A stretch of 64,000 nt of DNA. It comes from Microthyrium microscopicum (lineage: Eukaryota). The DNA lies in contig MU004230.1 of the NCBI GenBank assembly GCA_010405405.1, positions 1,770,627 to 1,834,626 of the forward strand, written 5' to 3'. Shown in pieces: positions 21,433 through 34,200 of this stretch; the first letter of the stretch is position 1, and each line of letters starts with the position of its first letter. The translations under genes and the position numbers were made by a program. The notes under the pieces were generated by a model. The model was given only the letters and a program-made list of their open reading frames with translations. It did not search any database and had not been told where the DNA came from.

Positions 21433-21978
21433 ATGGACAAAGCAAGCGACCGCAACGAAAGCCCGCCTTCCCAATTCACTCAAGAACACCCTCCCAATCC
21501 AAATCCGCAGCAACCATCCGCATCCATCGCTCAAACCTCCTACAATCATGGCTACTACAACTCTCCGCGCCAGGACGCCATTGCCCGTTTGCCACCAGCA
21601 AGCGTCTTCCTGCCCGAAGCGGGCTCCTCAGTCGCTAACAATCTTCAAGCGCAGCTGATTGGCCTTGAAGCTTCCATTCAAGGAACGTACGACCGAACTC
21701 GTCATGTCGTACTTGGCGAAGCTCTGGAGCGCATTTTCACTATTCGTCAGCTGGTTAACTTTACCCTTGCCGGACGGGGTAATGAGACTTGTGGCCGTTG
21801 GCCAAACGTGTTGCCAGATGTGGAAGTGGCAGATGCGACATCACCAAAAGCAGAGGCTGAAATCGTTGCAGAGAAACAGAACGAGGAGGAGCAAAAGACA
21901 GAAACGGAATCTGTGGCAGAAAGCGGCTTGGCTTCTCCTGCCTCTTATTATACTGCCCAGATGGATCAGTCTGATTGA
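21433..21978 (+). CDS. hypothetical protein, 181 aa
   Basis: ATG in CAAATG context after a pyrimidine/CA-rich leader; P/Q-rich N-terminus, helical core, acidic C-terminus. No family recognised. Confidence 0.55.
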   Translation: MDKASDRNESPPSQFTQEHPPNPNPQQPSASIAQTSYNHGYYNSPRQDAIARLPPASVFLPEAGSSVANNLQAQLIGLEASIQGTYDRTRHVVLGEALERIFTIRQLVNFTLAGRGNETCGRWPNVLPDVEVADATSPKAEAEIVAEKQNEEEQKTETESVAESGLASPASYYTAQMDQSD

Positions 21979-22443
21979 GTATAGCAGAAGATCACGGTTT
22001 GGATATATTCATGACTAGAGAGTGTATATAAAGGTCGATGAAGGACTGGTAAATCAAAGTTACACCTCCAAAACTTGTCTCCTTTTATAGTGAAATGGTC
22101 GTTTATGAATTGAAATACTGTTTTGTAGATATCTATCCACATGAGCTAGACATGGGATCCAAGGAAGCATCTGGACATCACAGGTGCGGTTCGCCCGAGG
22201 ATGTTGTTTTTGAAGGCAACTTGCAGGGGAGGCTGAGCGCCCGCGTCACTCTGAGATCATCGCCTTCCTCGGATTCTCCCCATACATTTTTTTGACACTC
22301 GACCCTAACTGAACAACTTGCACTTTGCTACCAAGTGCCCTATTCCTCCCCGTCTGGCATACTTCGCGGGTTGCCTACTTCCATCCTTCCTTTAACCTTC
22401 TTTGTGCTCCACCAACCGTTACACGGAGCTCGCCCTCACCACG

Positions 22444-23589
22444 ATGCTGGATCCCTATCCCCTACCGAACCCACCGTGGTTGCGCGAGCTCGTCACTCCT
22501 TTGGCCAAAAGAGCCGGCCTCCATACATTGCCCGATCATATTCATCAAGTTCTGCTGGCATTTGCAATCTACCAAGCAACGCTGCTATGGATCTCACCTC
22601 TCATCACCAAGATCTTCTTTGCCGAGTCATACGCCAAGCTCAGTAAACGGACTCAATTCAACTGGCATGTACATGCTGTCGCGTTCATTCAAGCTATAAT
22701 CATTTCTGGTGTGGCTCTATGGGTGCTAGCAAAGGAGCAAGAAAGACCTCATATGAATTGGCAAGAGCGCATCTATGGATACACCGGGGCACTTGGAATG
22801 GTACAGGCTTTCGGAGCTGGGTACTTTGTTTGGGACTTGTACATTTGCATTCGATACTACTCGATGTTTGGGTTTGGCATGCTTGCACACGCGATTTCGG
22901 CTCTAACCGTGTATACTACTGGATTTGTAAGTCATCATGGACGACTTTCACGAGATCTCTCGCTGACCATCATGTAGTACCCTTTTGTCAACTTTTACGC
23001 ACCTGTATTCGTACTCTACGAGATTTCCTCACCCTTCCTCAACATACACTGGTTCTGCGACAAGATGGAGCTCACTGGCAGCAATATTCAATTTATCAAC
23101 GGAATCCTCCTACTGATCACATTTGGCGGCGCTCGTCTGATTTATGGCACCTGGGCCAGCTATTCACTCTGCCGTGACATCCTTACGGCCGTTTATACTG
23201 CACGAGAAGCACCACACACACCACCATTGGCATTGTCACACTTTGCGCTCAACGCGACTACACTTTTCAACAATCCCATTGAGGCACTCCAAGTGCTCAA
23301 ATATGCACCAGCAGGACCTCACATTCCCACGTGGATGTGGATGTCTAATATTGCAAGCAACATCACTCTCAACATCTTGAACTGGTACTGGTATCAACAA
23401 ATGATCTCAGCAATTCGCAAGCGCTTTGATCCGCCATTTGGTACACGCAAGAAGCTCAAGGCCGATTCGGATATCAAGGTTACACGAAGTGAGGACGCAT
23501 CTGGAAGCAAGACACTCAAGGTAGATTCGCTGGAAGTTAGAAGACGACAGCAGCTTGAGCGACTTGAGTCTACTGGTATGATTCCGTGA
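22444..23589 (+). CDS. second TLC-domain membrane protein, ~364 aa
   Basis: Exons 22444-22926 and 22978-23589; intron 22927-22977 (GTAAGT...CTGAC...TAG). Motifs WHVHAVAFIQ, QAFGAGYFVWD, LAHA, YEISSPFLNIHWFCDKM and LNWYWYQQMISAIRKRFDPPFGT. Confidence 0.92.
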
Positions 23590-24537
23590 TTTTCGGGCTC
23601 GGCACGGAGTTTGTGGCGGTAGAGCAGTACTATGCTCTGCTAGACATCGGGTTTTTGGAAACTGGAGCATTTTGTGCGTAAGTATGTTTTCCGCTCTTAT
23701 TGGGACCTTGTTCCTAGCTGCGTAGACCTGAGATAGATAATGAGTTATCATTATAATTGTGTGCACGGTTTGCCCGGAGCTGCATAAATTCGCTCAGTCC
23801 AAAATAGTACAAGTTTTATAGGTTTAAGAAACGAAGGGAACAGCTGTGGATATTCACAGCCCATCGAAGTCAAAAGGTTATTAATAGCAGTGCCACAACA
23901 GCAACAGAATATCTGACTAACCAGCCCTGTGAGCCCTTTATTGCAACCTCCTACTTTTCGGTAACATTCATGAGGCAAGCTGCAAGCTGCGCTCTAATCA
24001 GATCTAGAAGTTTAACCACCGCTTCGCCAAGATACTCAGCCCCACGCAATATCAGCCTTTGATTGCTTACATCGCGCTGACAAAGTTCTTGTCTTTGCCA
24101 AGATCAAAGGGGTAACTCTTTCAGTACTATTATGAGTGTTATCATGAACTTCTGCGTACCCAGACATTGGCAAAAGGCTTTTGTTGAGAAGATAGATTGG
24201 ATATCCCCTCTCTGATTCAGCTGCAAGCCGAAGCAGACTCAGCAGCAAGATTAATGATCTAGACTTCGTCTGCATGGATTGGTGGGACACAGAAATCCAC
24301 GGAGTCTTTGAAAAGTGCCAGCCGCATCCCAGTCCAGAACATTCAGCGCCACCGCACGCTGCGCCTTGATTCAACCAATCTGAAGAACGCTTCTGCACGC
24401 CAAAGCAGCTTGGAAAGCGGTGGCGCTCTTTTAGCATTGCCTCTAGTGCATGCTTTTCTGCGTGTCGATTGTTTAAGTAAGGTTGTATCAGCTGCTGGCA
24501 AAGATGGGTTCTCTTCTCAACATCTCTTTTGGCCGAC

Positions 24538-27283
24538 ATGGAGAGCGCATATCAACCACAGTATACTGTCGCTCACTACGGTGATGGTGGACAGCCTGGA
24601 TACACTGATCAAACGGCCTATCATGGCGCACAAGCTGGATACAATAGTCAACACACTGGATATGGACCACAGTCCCCTGGTGTTTATGGCGAAATTCCCG
24701 CGAACAATGCTGGATATGCCCAACAACATACACAAGGCACTTATGCTGAACTTCCTGTGAATAATGCTGGTCAAGTTGATCGTAGCAGCTTTTCATCTTA
24801 TGGAGATAATACAAATCGCTCCAGTATACCCGCCTATGACGATCAGAACTACAACTACAATTATGCAGGTATGTCGATCTATGTCAGGTACAGATTTCAA
24901 CGACGCATATGAACTAACCAGCGTTTCTAAAGCCCAAGCTGATCCTATAAAACAACATCCTGCCGTAAATCCAAAACCACTACGGAAAGGCCATTTCTAC
25001 ATTCCTCCTGTACTTCGACTACCGTCTCTACTCATCGTCTTCCTTATCACGGTGGCACTTCTTGGTGCGGTGGAGTATGGAGTTCAAAAGTTACCGCACA
25101 AAGAGAAAAACAAACATGCTGATCCTGCGGCGTTCGTATCGTCTGTTGTATCGCAGGCTAAGAGTGTGGCTAGCAGCATCGTCAAGCGAGCTCCACAGAC
25201 AACCGTAATTCCTGCCCAAACCACGACGGTTCCGTCGGAAAGTGCAGGCGGAACAAGCGCTGTTCCGCGAAGCTCGTATGTCACCACCACAACATCCGAG
25301 CAAGGAACGATTGTTGGGACTGTTCCGCCAAGTTCCTATGCTACCGCTCCACCAACTTCTTATGCTCCTACGGCTCCACCAAACTCCTATGTTACCTCGA
25401 CGGTCGCTTCTGGGTCTTATGTGGGTGGTGGAACGAGTTCTGTCGCCAAAGACAGCTATGTTACCGCGTCTGCTAGTCTAACAAGTGGATCATATGTTGG
25501 AATCCCTTCAGTAGCACAATCATCATATGTGACCACACAACGCCTGACGACTCAAATACCTACAACTCAGGTCACTTCTGTAGCATCAACAATCATATCA
25601 ACAAATGCTGCTGGACAAGCGACAACACTCGTCACGTATGTTCCAACCACTTCAACCGGCCTGGCCACTGTGGAAACCAGTGTCGCAACGCTGGTTGGAG
25701 CCGGAACCAATGTCAAAGGACAGAATGGGAATGAACCTTTCCCGAGATGGCAGGTCTTTGTTGGCAACTCGTATTTGGCTTTGCTTGTTGCAGTCATCTT
25801 CAAACAGTTTTGGACTGCCATATCCTCTCAGGCAAGATTGATTGAACCTTTTGCTCAAATGAATACCGACGCCGGCGCCACGGCGAAGAGTGTGCTCAGC
25901 TCATTTTATCTCTCGAGTAGTCTCATTCCAGAGCCAATTCTTGCTTTGATGAAGGGACAGTGGTTCATTCTTGCTACATCGACGGTTTACTTGGCAGTTG
26001 GCTTACTCGCACCATTGGGCTCAGAGCTAGTGTGGCTGGACACGAATTATACGCCATGTCCAAATCCAGTGAACACTGTCAAAGTAAATAACATCAACAA
26101 TCCATGCTGGCCTCCAAGACTTAGCATCGATCCTGTCCTGGCTCGTGTTACTGAAGGTCTTCTTACCTTTACAGCTGTCATGACGCTAACCATCATGTTT
26201 ATGATGTGGCGCATACGAACTGGTGTTTATTCCGATCCCTCATCACTGGCTACAGTCGCGGCACTAACACATCATCCCGAAGTCCTCCAAGACTTCCGCG
26301 CAATCTCTGACGAAGCAAGTTCCAAAGACATTGCACTTCTCCTGGAGAACAAACGCTACAAGCTAGATGAGTACATGCGTCCGGATGGAACTTGGCGCTA
26401 CGGAATCGTCCCAGCACATGGCATGGGGGCAGTACATCACTATACGCCTGTCGACGAAAAGCGCGCAGTTCAGGAAGCCAAGCCCAAGCACCGCGCTTGG
26501 AGGACAATAGATCTCATACTTGACATTCTGTTTATCGTCTGTCTCTTGGCACTTTTGGGTATTGTTGTGGCGTACTACAAAGATGGCAACTTAGAGGATC
26601 CATTCAACAAGTTTTTCAATACCATGTCATTTGGGCCACGGTTTGTTCTCACTGCAACTGGAAGTTTGTTTGCTTTGAACTGGAAGAGACTTGAAAGAGG
26701 TAAGTTCTTATATCACAGACTTTGACTTCCAAGTACTAACTCTGGAATAGATGCCCATACTTTATCACCATTTCACTCCATGGCGCAAGCTCCGGCGGAT
26801 CCTCTTCGCACCATTCTTTTGCGCAAATCTTCAGTTCCACTCACATCGATATTTCCCATGCTTTTCAAAAGCCACTACTTTGCTTCCTTCATCGCATGTA
26901 TAGCTGTACTTGCAGAGCTACTGGTCATATTCCTGGGCGCAGTACCTTTTGCGCCTGGCCAGTTCTACGAGGAGCTTCTGATGGCGTGCTATACATCCAT
27001 GGCTCTTCTGGGTCTAATGGTAGTCTCGGTTGTTATAATGATCATCTGGAAACGACGTATGCCGGATCTCCCTAGAGCGCCGGATACAGTTTCTGCAGTG
27101 ATGACTTATGTTGCAGATTCACGCATGCTGGATGATTTTGAGGGCGCAGAATATTGCGATGATAATGAGTTAAGAAATAGAATTGGTGGACGTGGGAAGA
27201 GATATGTGTATGGGAAGAGGCCGGGCAGTGATGGTCAATCTCGGTATCTGGTTGATGAGGAAAGTACTTTGGTCTATTCGTGA
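24538..27283 (+). CDS. multi-pass membrane protein with two DUF3433-like repeats and a Ser/Thr-rich loop, ~876 aa
   Basis: Exons 24538-24868, 24933-26699 and 26751-27283 (introns 24869-24932 and 26700-26750) give one continuous frame. Paired motifs FWTAISSQARLIEPFAQM...ATAKSVL and NWKRLERDAHTLSPFHSMAQAPA...TILL, and C-terminal LPRAPDTVSAVMTYVADSRML, resemble DUF3433 proteins. Confidence 0.8.
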
Positions 27284-27670
27284 AGTATCGCATTGGGAGG
27301 TTGCATCTTGCGTTTTGAAGCTAGTTTGCATTTATGATACCCAGTCTTCCATAGCGCAATCAAATTTGTCGATATCTATGAGTTGATACTTGTCTCAATC
27401 TCCATGGTGGTTTTCACCTCTCACTTTAGGTCAACGATGCTTGTGAGCAGATGAAGCAGGCGCACCACGAACCAAAAGTCGGTTCACTAAAAGCACCTTA
27501 ACCACGGCGACACCCGCAATACCACACCTGAAATAGAAATTGCCTACCTTCGCACATGAATACTACGCTTTCCCCAGCGGCACTTGATTCAGCATATTTC
27601 CATCAAACCAAATCCAACATCCAACAATTCTTAGCACCCCAACCAATATCACACAGCCAAAACCTCCAAA

Positions 27671-28840
27671 ATGCCGAGCAAGGACGAGACATTCGATATA
27701 CCCAAACAGACATCAAGTTCAGTGACAAAGTGGGCATCAAAAGCGGCATCAAAAGCAGGCAACTCCATCCTCGCCTACCTAGACGCTGCTCTCGACGGCC
27801 GCGCCGAACAGCCAATCAGCGCCCCCGCTGAGCGCCAACGTAGCTCCACAACGCCGCGAGCAGCCCTCTCAGACCCTGAACCCCGTCAAAGATCAGCAGA
27901 GCAAGAGTCCAAGCTCCCCGGAGGCCGCCCATCACTCCATCAAGCTCCAACTTCATCATCATCAACCCGCCGCAACTCCTCCGCCGCTAGACGAGAGCCA
28001 TCCTACGAGATCCCCCTTCCAACAATCCCATCTGCATCAGCAGTCCTCAACACGCTCCTAGACCACGTGCCCTTTCGCCGCCGCACTGCAAAAGAAGCTG
28101 GCGATTACGATCCATACTGGGGCAATCCCGAGTACGCGCGCACAGATTCCAACGCGGAGTTGAAGCGTGTTGGCTGGTACAAGGTCACGTTCAATCGCGA
28201 CGATAGCTGGGTGGAGTTTGAAGATCCGCCGGATCATTTGAAGAGTGAGGCTGCTCGGAAGCGGCAGGATAGTTTGGATAGAGAGTTGGAGGAGTCATTT
28301 CAGGGCGAGGCTGAGGCTGAGAGATATAAGAAGTTGAGTCAGAAACAATTGGAGGAGTCGTTTTATGGTGAGGACTGGGCTGAGGAGGATAAGAAGGAAC
28401 GGGAAGAGAAAGAATTGAGGGATAGGGAGGAAGTGGAGTGGAAGAATCGTGAGCGGGCGAGATTGAAGAAGGAGGAACGAAAGAGGGAGAAGTACGAGAT
28501 TGCTTTGAAAGAAGCTGAGGAACTTGAGCGCGAGAAAACAGCAGAAAAGAAGAAACGACAAGAGAAAGAGAGACGCGAGCGACAAAAGCGTGAGCAGGTG
28601 GAGCGGGAACAACTGGAACGGGAGCAGGCTGAACCTCTTGGAATAAAGCCACTCAAAGCGAAGGCTGTCAAATCTGAGCCAAGCAAGGGGAAAGATATCG
28701 AAGAAGGTTAGTATTCTGATCATTTGCCATATTTGTTCATTTGCTAATATCATAGATCAGACGAAGACGAGGAAATCTCGCAAAACCCGTTTTATCGAGA
28801 ACCGAGATACTGGCAAGCTCTCAATGGCGCCGGAAGTTGA
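27671..28840 (+). CDS. hypothetical protein with Ser/Pro-rich N-terminus and Glu/Lys/Arg-rich coiled coil; 3' end ambiguous (see findings)
   Basis: ORF 27671-28711 ends inside a GTTAGT donor at 28707. Branch GCTAAT at 28743; acceptors at 28755 (TAG) or 28760 (CAG). The end given here is for the CAG acceptor (371 aa, ...DEDEEISQNPFYREPRYWQALNGAGS*). Confidence 0.65.
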
Positions 28841-30341
28841 ATCCTCAAGACGGGACTTTCCGTCAACAAAACCGCATGCATCGAACGTATCAAATAAACC
28901 GCCTGTACGCTATACACTTATTGTCCGATTGCCATTTGCCAGAGGGGACTTTGTTGATCCTCAACCTGTCAACTGGGATGCTGCCAAAGATAGAAAGCTA
29001 TGGAAACTCATATCTCGGACTGGAACAAAGCTGTCTAACCGTGGGCCTACCTCGTCTGCATCGGCTTCAGAAGGCGGTGCTGGATCAGCCAATGAAGTCG
29101 ACTGGGAGGCTCGAGCCGCGGAGTTTGGAGTTGACACCCGATTTCTATTACAACAAGCTGCTTGGCTTTACGAAAGACATTTGGAGCATGTCAAGAAGCA
29201 GGTTGTGAGACTTAGAGCTGGAAGTACTGCTGGAACTCCCGTACCGGGCCAAACAAGTATGCTAGGAAAGAAATCTGCTCTACAACCAGGCTCAAGAGCT
29301 CCATCTGCAATGTCGGGCCGCTCTCGTGATAGTCCTCTTCCCAAGGTGGACAATTCTATTGCAAACACCGCTTCTCGTCCATCGGCCCTCTCTAGAACAC
29401 CATCAACCAATACTATAACACAAAGTCGCTTATTACCAACGCAAGGGAATCCTTCGTCTCCTAGAATCCGCTCTGCTAGACCATCATCAATACGACGTCA
29501 AACTGGCACCCTGGCAAACGTCAAACCCCCTGGTGAAGGCTTAGATTCTCCGGGCGTAGAATCAGATTCTTCGTCCTCTTCATCATCGGACGAAAATGTT
29601 GGTCAGATGTCACGCAGTGTCGCGGCCTTCCGTAGACCACCACGCTTCGGCGCCAAACGTCATGCAGCACTACTCGGTCATGATGGCGATGATGAGAATG
29701 AGACTGATGAAGATGAAGATGACGAACCAACATTTTTATCCTATGCTCAGGTTGATGGCACTTCCAAAAAACCTTCTGATCCAGATATGGGTGACACGCT
29801 CAAAGATGGACTCGCTAAACGCGGCTTTGCAAATCGCCATGGCACGACTGCTGAAAACTCCGAATCAAATACCGCTACAATACCCACTACGACTACAGGC
29901 CTCAAACAACCAAAACCTACCCGCCCTGTTGCTGGCGAGCCCATCCCATCCCAGGAGCAACAACAACCACAAACTATCCGATCCCCTGGCGTTCCCACGG
30001 AATCTTCAGTGAGCTCTGCCAGTTCCGCCGCAACTCCTGCCCGCCGCACCTCGCAAATACCCTCGCCTCGTCACCGTGCCGATCTCGCAAGACTAAGTAG
30101 TCCACGAAGACACACGGGTGAAACTAGCGACGGAACGCCCAGTATGGGCAGCAGCTTCAGTGACCTGGACGGTAAGCTTTCCTGCCCCTACATGTTGAAG
30201 GTCTCAATATACTGACTGGTTGTAGATGCTTCATTGACACAATCGGCGCTTGAAGAAGCGTTAGCGAGTAACTTTCGCAATGGCGGCGCGAGTCGGCTGA
30301 GCAATATTAGCCATGCTTTTCGTTCACGTTATATGCAGTGA
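28824..30341 (+). CDS. ATG29: autophagy-related protein Atg29, ~487 aa
   Basis: Exons 28824-30171 and 30226-30341; intron 30172-30225. N-terminal YTLIVRLPFARGDFVDPQPVNWDAAKDRKLW...FLLQQAAWLYERHL and C-terminal SDGTPSMGSSFSDLDDASLTQSALEEALAS...SRY match filamentous-fungal Atg29. Confidence 0.9.
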
Positions 30342-31221
30342 GCATTTCTTATCAATTTGTTATTTGTTTGGCGATGCGGGTAGGACAGATGTCCAAGGCT
30401 GGATTTGTTTTTTAACAGCACATCATGTGCGTTCGGAAGTAACGTAATCGGTACGCACCGCTCGTAGTTTTAGGGTCAATTTGATACTGTATGTCACTCT
30501 TCTTTCCCCATTCATTTCTTGAAATGCGGCTGTTTCATGGCCTCATTAAGGCTGTGTTCTCCCCCACGATCCAATTCCCTTAACTTGTTCAGCATAAATG
30601 TAGTTGTTCGTCATCACGCATGCTGATATAGAGGAACAACAGAGCTGGTGATCCGTAGTTAGAGTTTACAGTCCTGGATGGAATTAGTCCACCAATTAGG
30701 GATGCTTTTCACTCAAGATTCCATTGGTAGTCCAGCCTAATAACGCGATAGCAGCTTGGTCTGCACACAGCCATTTCTGGACTTGTGCAGCATGGGGCGA
30801 ATTCAACACCATTCCCAACTAGCCACCCAACCATCGATTGCCTTGCTGTCGAACACGTATCTTCTCGAACAGCTCATCTGGAATAAAGTCTACAGCAACT
30901 GATAAAAATATCATTACCAACACGTATGGTTCAAGGCAACAGGGTTCCCTCAGTAAGCCACTGGTTTAAGGCTCATGTAAGGCTGAATCAGGTAGAATAG
31001 AATATGTCTTGCTGTCGTGCTGACAGTGCCCAACAAAATGCTCCTCTACACGTCGCCATCGAAATTCGACGTGGCCCTCGATTATTGCTGTGCAAGCACC
31101 AATAATACGTCCCTCTATCAAAAATGGTTCGCATGGTTCAGTCTCCTTTGACCTCTCCAGAGGAACTATCAAATACCTGCTATAAACTTCCTCGGCTTCA
31201 TATTCGCAGCTCAACTTGAAG

Positions 31222-34200
31222 ATGGAAGGCTTCAATATCTCAGTTGACCGCTACAATGCTCTTACAGGAAATGCGGACGATACAGACAGCTCAGTCACAT
31301 CAACTAGCAGTGTTATTCGGCATAGAATGTCGAGCAGTGATTCAGAGCTGGAGACATCAGCTCATGGCTTGCAGTCTGTCCACTATTATGCGCAAAGCCT
31401 CCGTCGTAAGTACCCACAGAGCTCATTGGCTTCCCCTTTCACCATAGACTCTAAACCTCTCACAGAAATGTCATCGATGCCTCTTAAGAAAGACCTAGAA
31501 GTATCAAGCGCCGAGAACTCTCAATCTTCTAACTATCTTGGACAGCGGAAAGCTCAGGTCAAGCCAGTTCCTCGTAAATCTGCAAATCCGAGGCTAGGTA
31601 TTCTCTTTCCGATATCTGAGCTGCTGAGTAATTTCGAGAAGAAGTACTTGCCCAGGTTTAAAGAGAGGGTCATCCGCCAATCTAGAGTGGAAACATGGGC
31701 ACCGTGTATTCATGCCAGTGAGCAACAAATTCGATTCCGCTTACTGAGCCTGATTATACAATTTGTTGACGAGATTGCTAAGTCTCAAGTGGTTGAGACT
31801 CAAGAGTATGATACGAAGGCCATTCACAATTGTGCCCACCAGCTTATACGACTGCATGGAGCACAATTATTGTGGGACTTGCTGCCATTCAAAAACTTAT
31901 GTCTGGAGGGCGCAGGAAATGGAACACCGTGTCGAGAAGAGGTCCGGTTGCAGGGCCCTCGCAATTCGAAGACATCCAATGTTCTCATACAACAGACAAT
32001 TGAGCGCTGTGCATTGGGTATGACATCCTGTTTATGCTTCTTTCAGTTCTTCACGGTCGTCCAGTTTGCAAGTCACTATTCAGTCTAAGCTCGGCAGAAT
32101 AAGATTTGAGCAGGTCATGCTCCTTTTATTGCAGCTCTCATGGGTCTATGTGACAACCTAGCTAACAGTACCAGGCGCCAATCAACACTATCGATCGATG
32201 TTCCAAAGGATATGCACTACGTTTGCAGAGCTCTTGACATCCGAGGAATCTTTGTGCCGTATTTCGGACTTGATTCGTCGTTTATATTACGATAGCAATA
32301 GAAAACTCTCAGACATCAAACTCTGGACATGGGGCAGCATCACGAACCCGAACAAGACGCCCGCCGTTATCACCGCAAAGTTCCAGACTGGCTGGAGTGC
32401 TCATCAATTCCTTCGAGGGCAATTTCCGAGTGCGAAGTCCCTCCCACGTCTGGGATCAGTATTAGTCTTGAGTGGTTCGGTCTTTCATGCTTATGCCACT
32501 ACATGTTCGGAATATGTCGAACAGTATTGGCCGCAAACCGGAAGCTTTGTTCTTTTACTAATTCAAGAAGTTTACGACCAGTCACAGCGGTCAAAAAGCT
32601 CACGGCTAAGTGGAGATCCGATTAGAATATCAAGTAAGTGAAATTCTGTCCCGGTCTTTGACCGTACACTGATGTATGGGCTAATCGAATCGTAGAAACC
32701 GACAACAGATGCACTGTCGCAATCAGTCTGTCTCTTGATGATCTACTAGAGGTCACTGCTACCGCATCACAGGATCAAATTATACAGATAGCACAACAAC
32801 TTTGTTGGATGAAGGCTGCGTTGAGCACTCCGCCAATTGAAAATGAGCCTCTAAAGTATGCTGATGCAAGTTTGGAGAAAATCACCGATAATTCAAACTT
32901 CCAAGGAAATAATGGGTCCGAACATTTCTCGTATCGTATCAGATTAGGCTTTGAAGATTTACACCCAGTCGAGAGGAACAGCTGTTGGATCGGTCTCTTC
33001 TCAGGAGCCATAATTGCTAGGAATTTTCCCTGTCCAGAGCGTACAACCCAACTGGGACTAGAAATCAGCATTGCCATTTTGTCGCAATTGGTTAATGCTC
33101 CTCATGCGGTAGCTTTTGATGGTGGTGTGGTCATGAAAGGCTTTTCGACAATGCTCGTTCCGACTCAACGAGACGATGACCTGATTCAGTGGCATCTAGT
33201 GCTATCAAACGATAGAAATCGGGGTCTTTCATACCGTGAAGGTCTTGAAATGTGCAAGAGTCGCTTAAAAGTTGACCAATTCGAGCTGGGACATCTCCAA
33301 GAAACGCGCCATTTCATCGGCTGGTGTAGCCACGTTGAGAACTTGGCTGGGCACAAGACTGAGATCGACTACGAGAATCTAAGTTACTCCGGAGCTCCTC
33401 AGGCTGCTCCACTGACTTCAAGACGAACTTCATTTGCACGTCATATAATAGATCGAAACACTACCAACGTGGCTTTCGGTCTTAGAGATGGAGTTTATTA
33501 CTTTCGGCGTGGTGGAACCTTTCCCAACATCATCTCAGCTGCTGAAAGGACTCCAATACTTCTGTACGACGTAGGACAGCAAAGAGGGTTTTTACTTCCA
33601 GCCTCAGATGTATTGCTCCATCTCGAACGCACCAGGCTACATCGTGATCCTCGAATGCGTCGTCGTCAAATAAGGCTGATCAGGGGTAGAAACAATGCAG
33701 AAACATTGCTTCTGAATGAAGAACTCGCGCTTTCTAACTCCAGAGATGACTCCTTTGGGAACCTGGTAGCTCGACACTGGTCGATCATGGAGTTTCTACA
33801 ACAAAAGCTCTATTTTGACCAGCTAGGCTTTGTGAACACATTGAGCCACCACGCGTTATTGGGCTTTGAATTCAATGCCGTCGCGGATGAAACCTCGCCC
33901 ATACAGCTTAAACAGACGCTGATTAATCGGCAGAGCGGTGGTTGGTTAGACTTATGCCGCGAGAAAAATGTGCTAGTTTTGTTCGCAGATGGCTATGGAG
34001 ATTTGCTACGGCCAAAAAAATATGAAGACGGCACGTATTCTGTATGCAAAAGATTTCGGTCACTCCCCATAGGTCATCATCACATCGCCACCACAATTCA
34101 AATGATCGTCCAACTATACGAAGAAGCAGGTCAAAGGCTCAACCGACGATGTCTGACCATCAGCGGTATGCAATGGAATTCCACTGGCTCATTATTTGGA

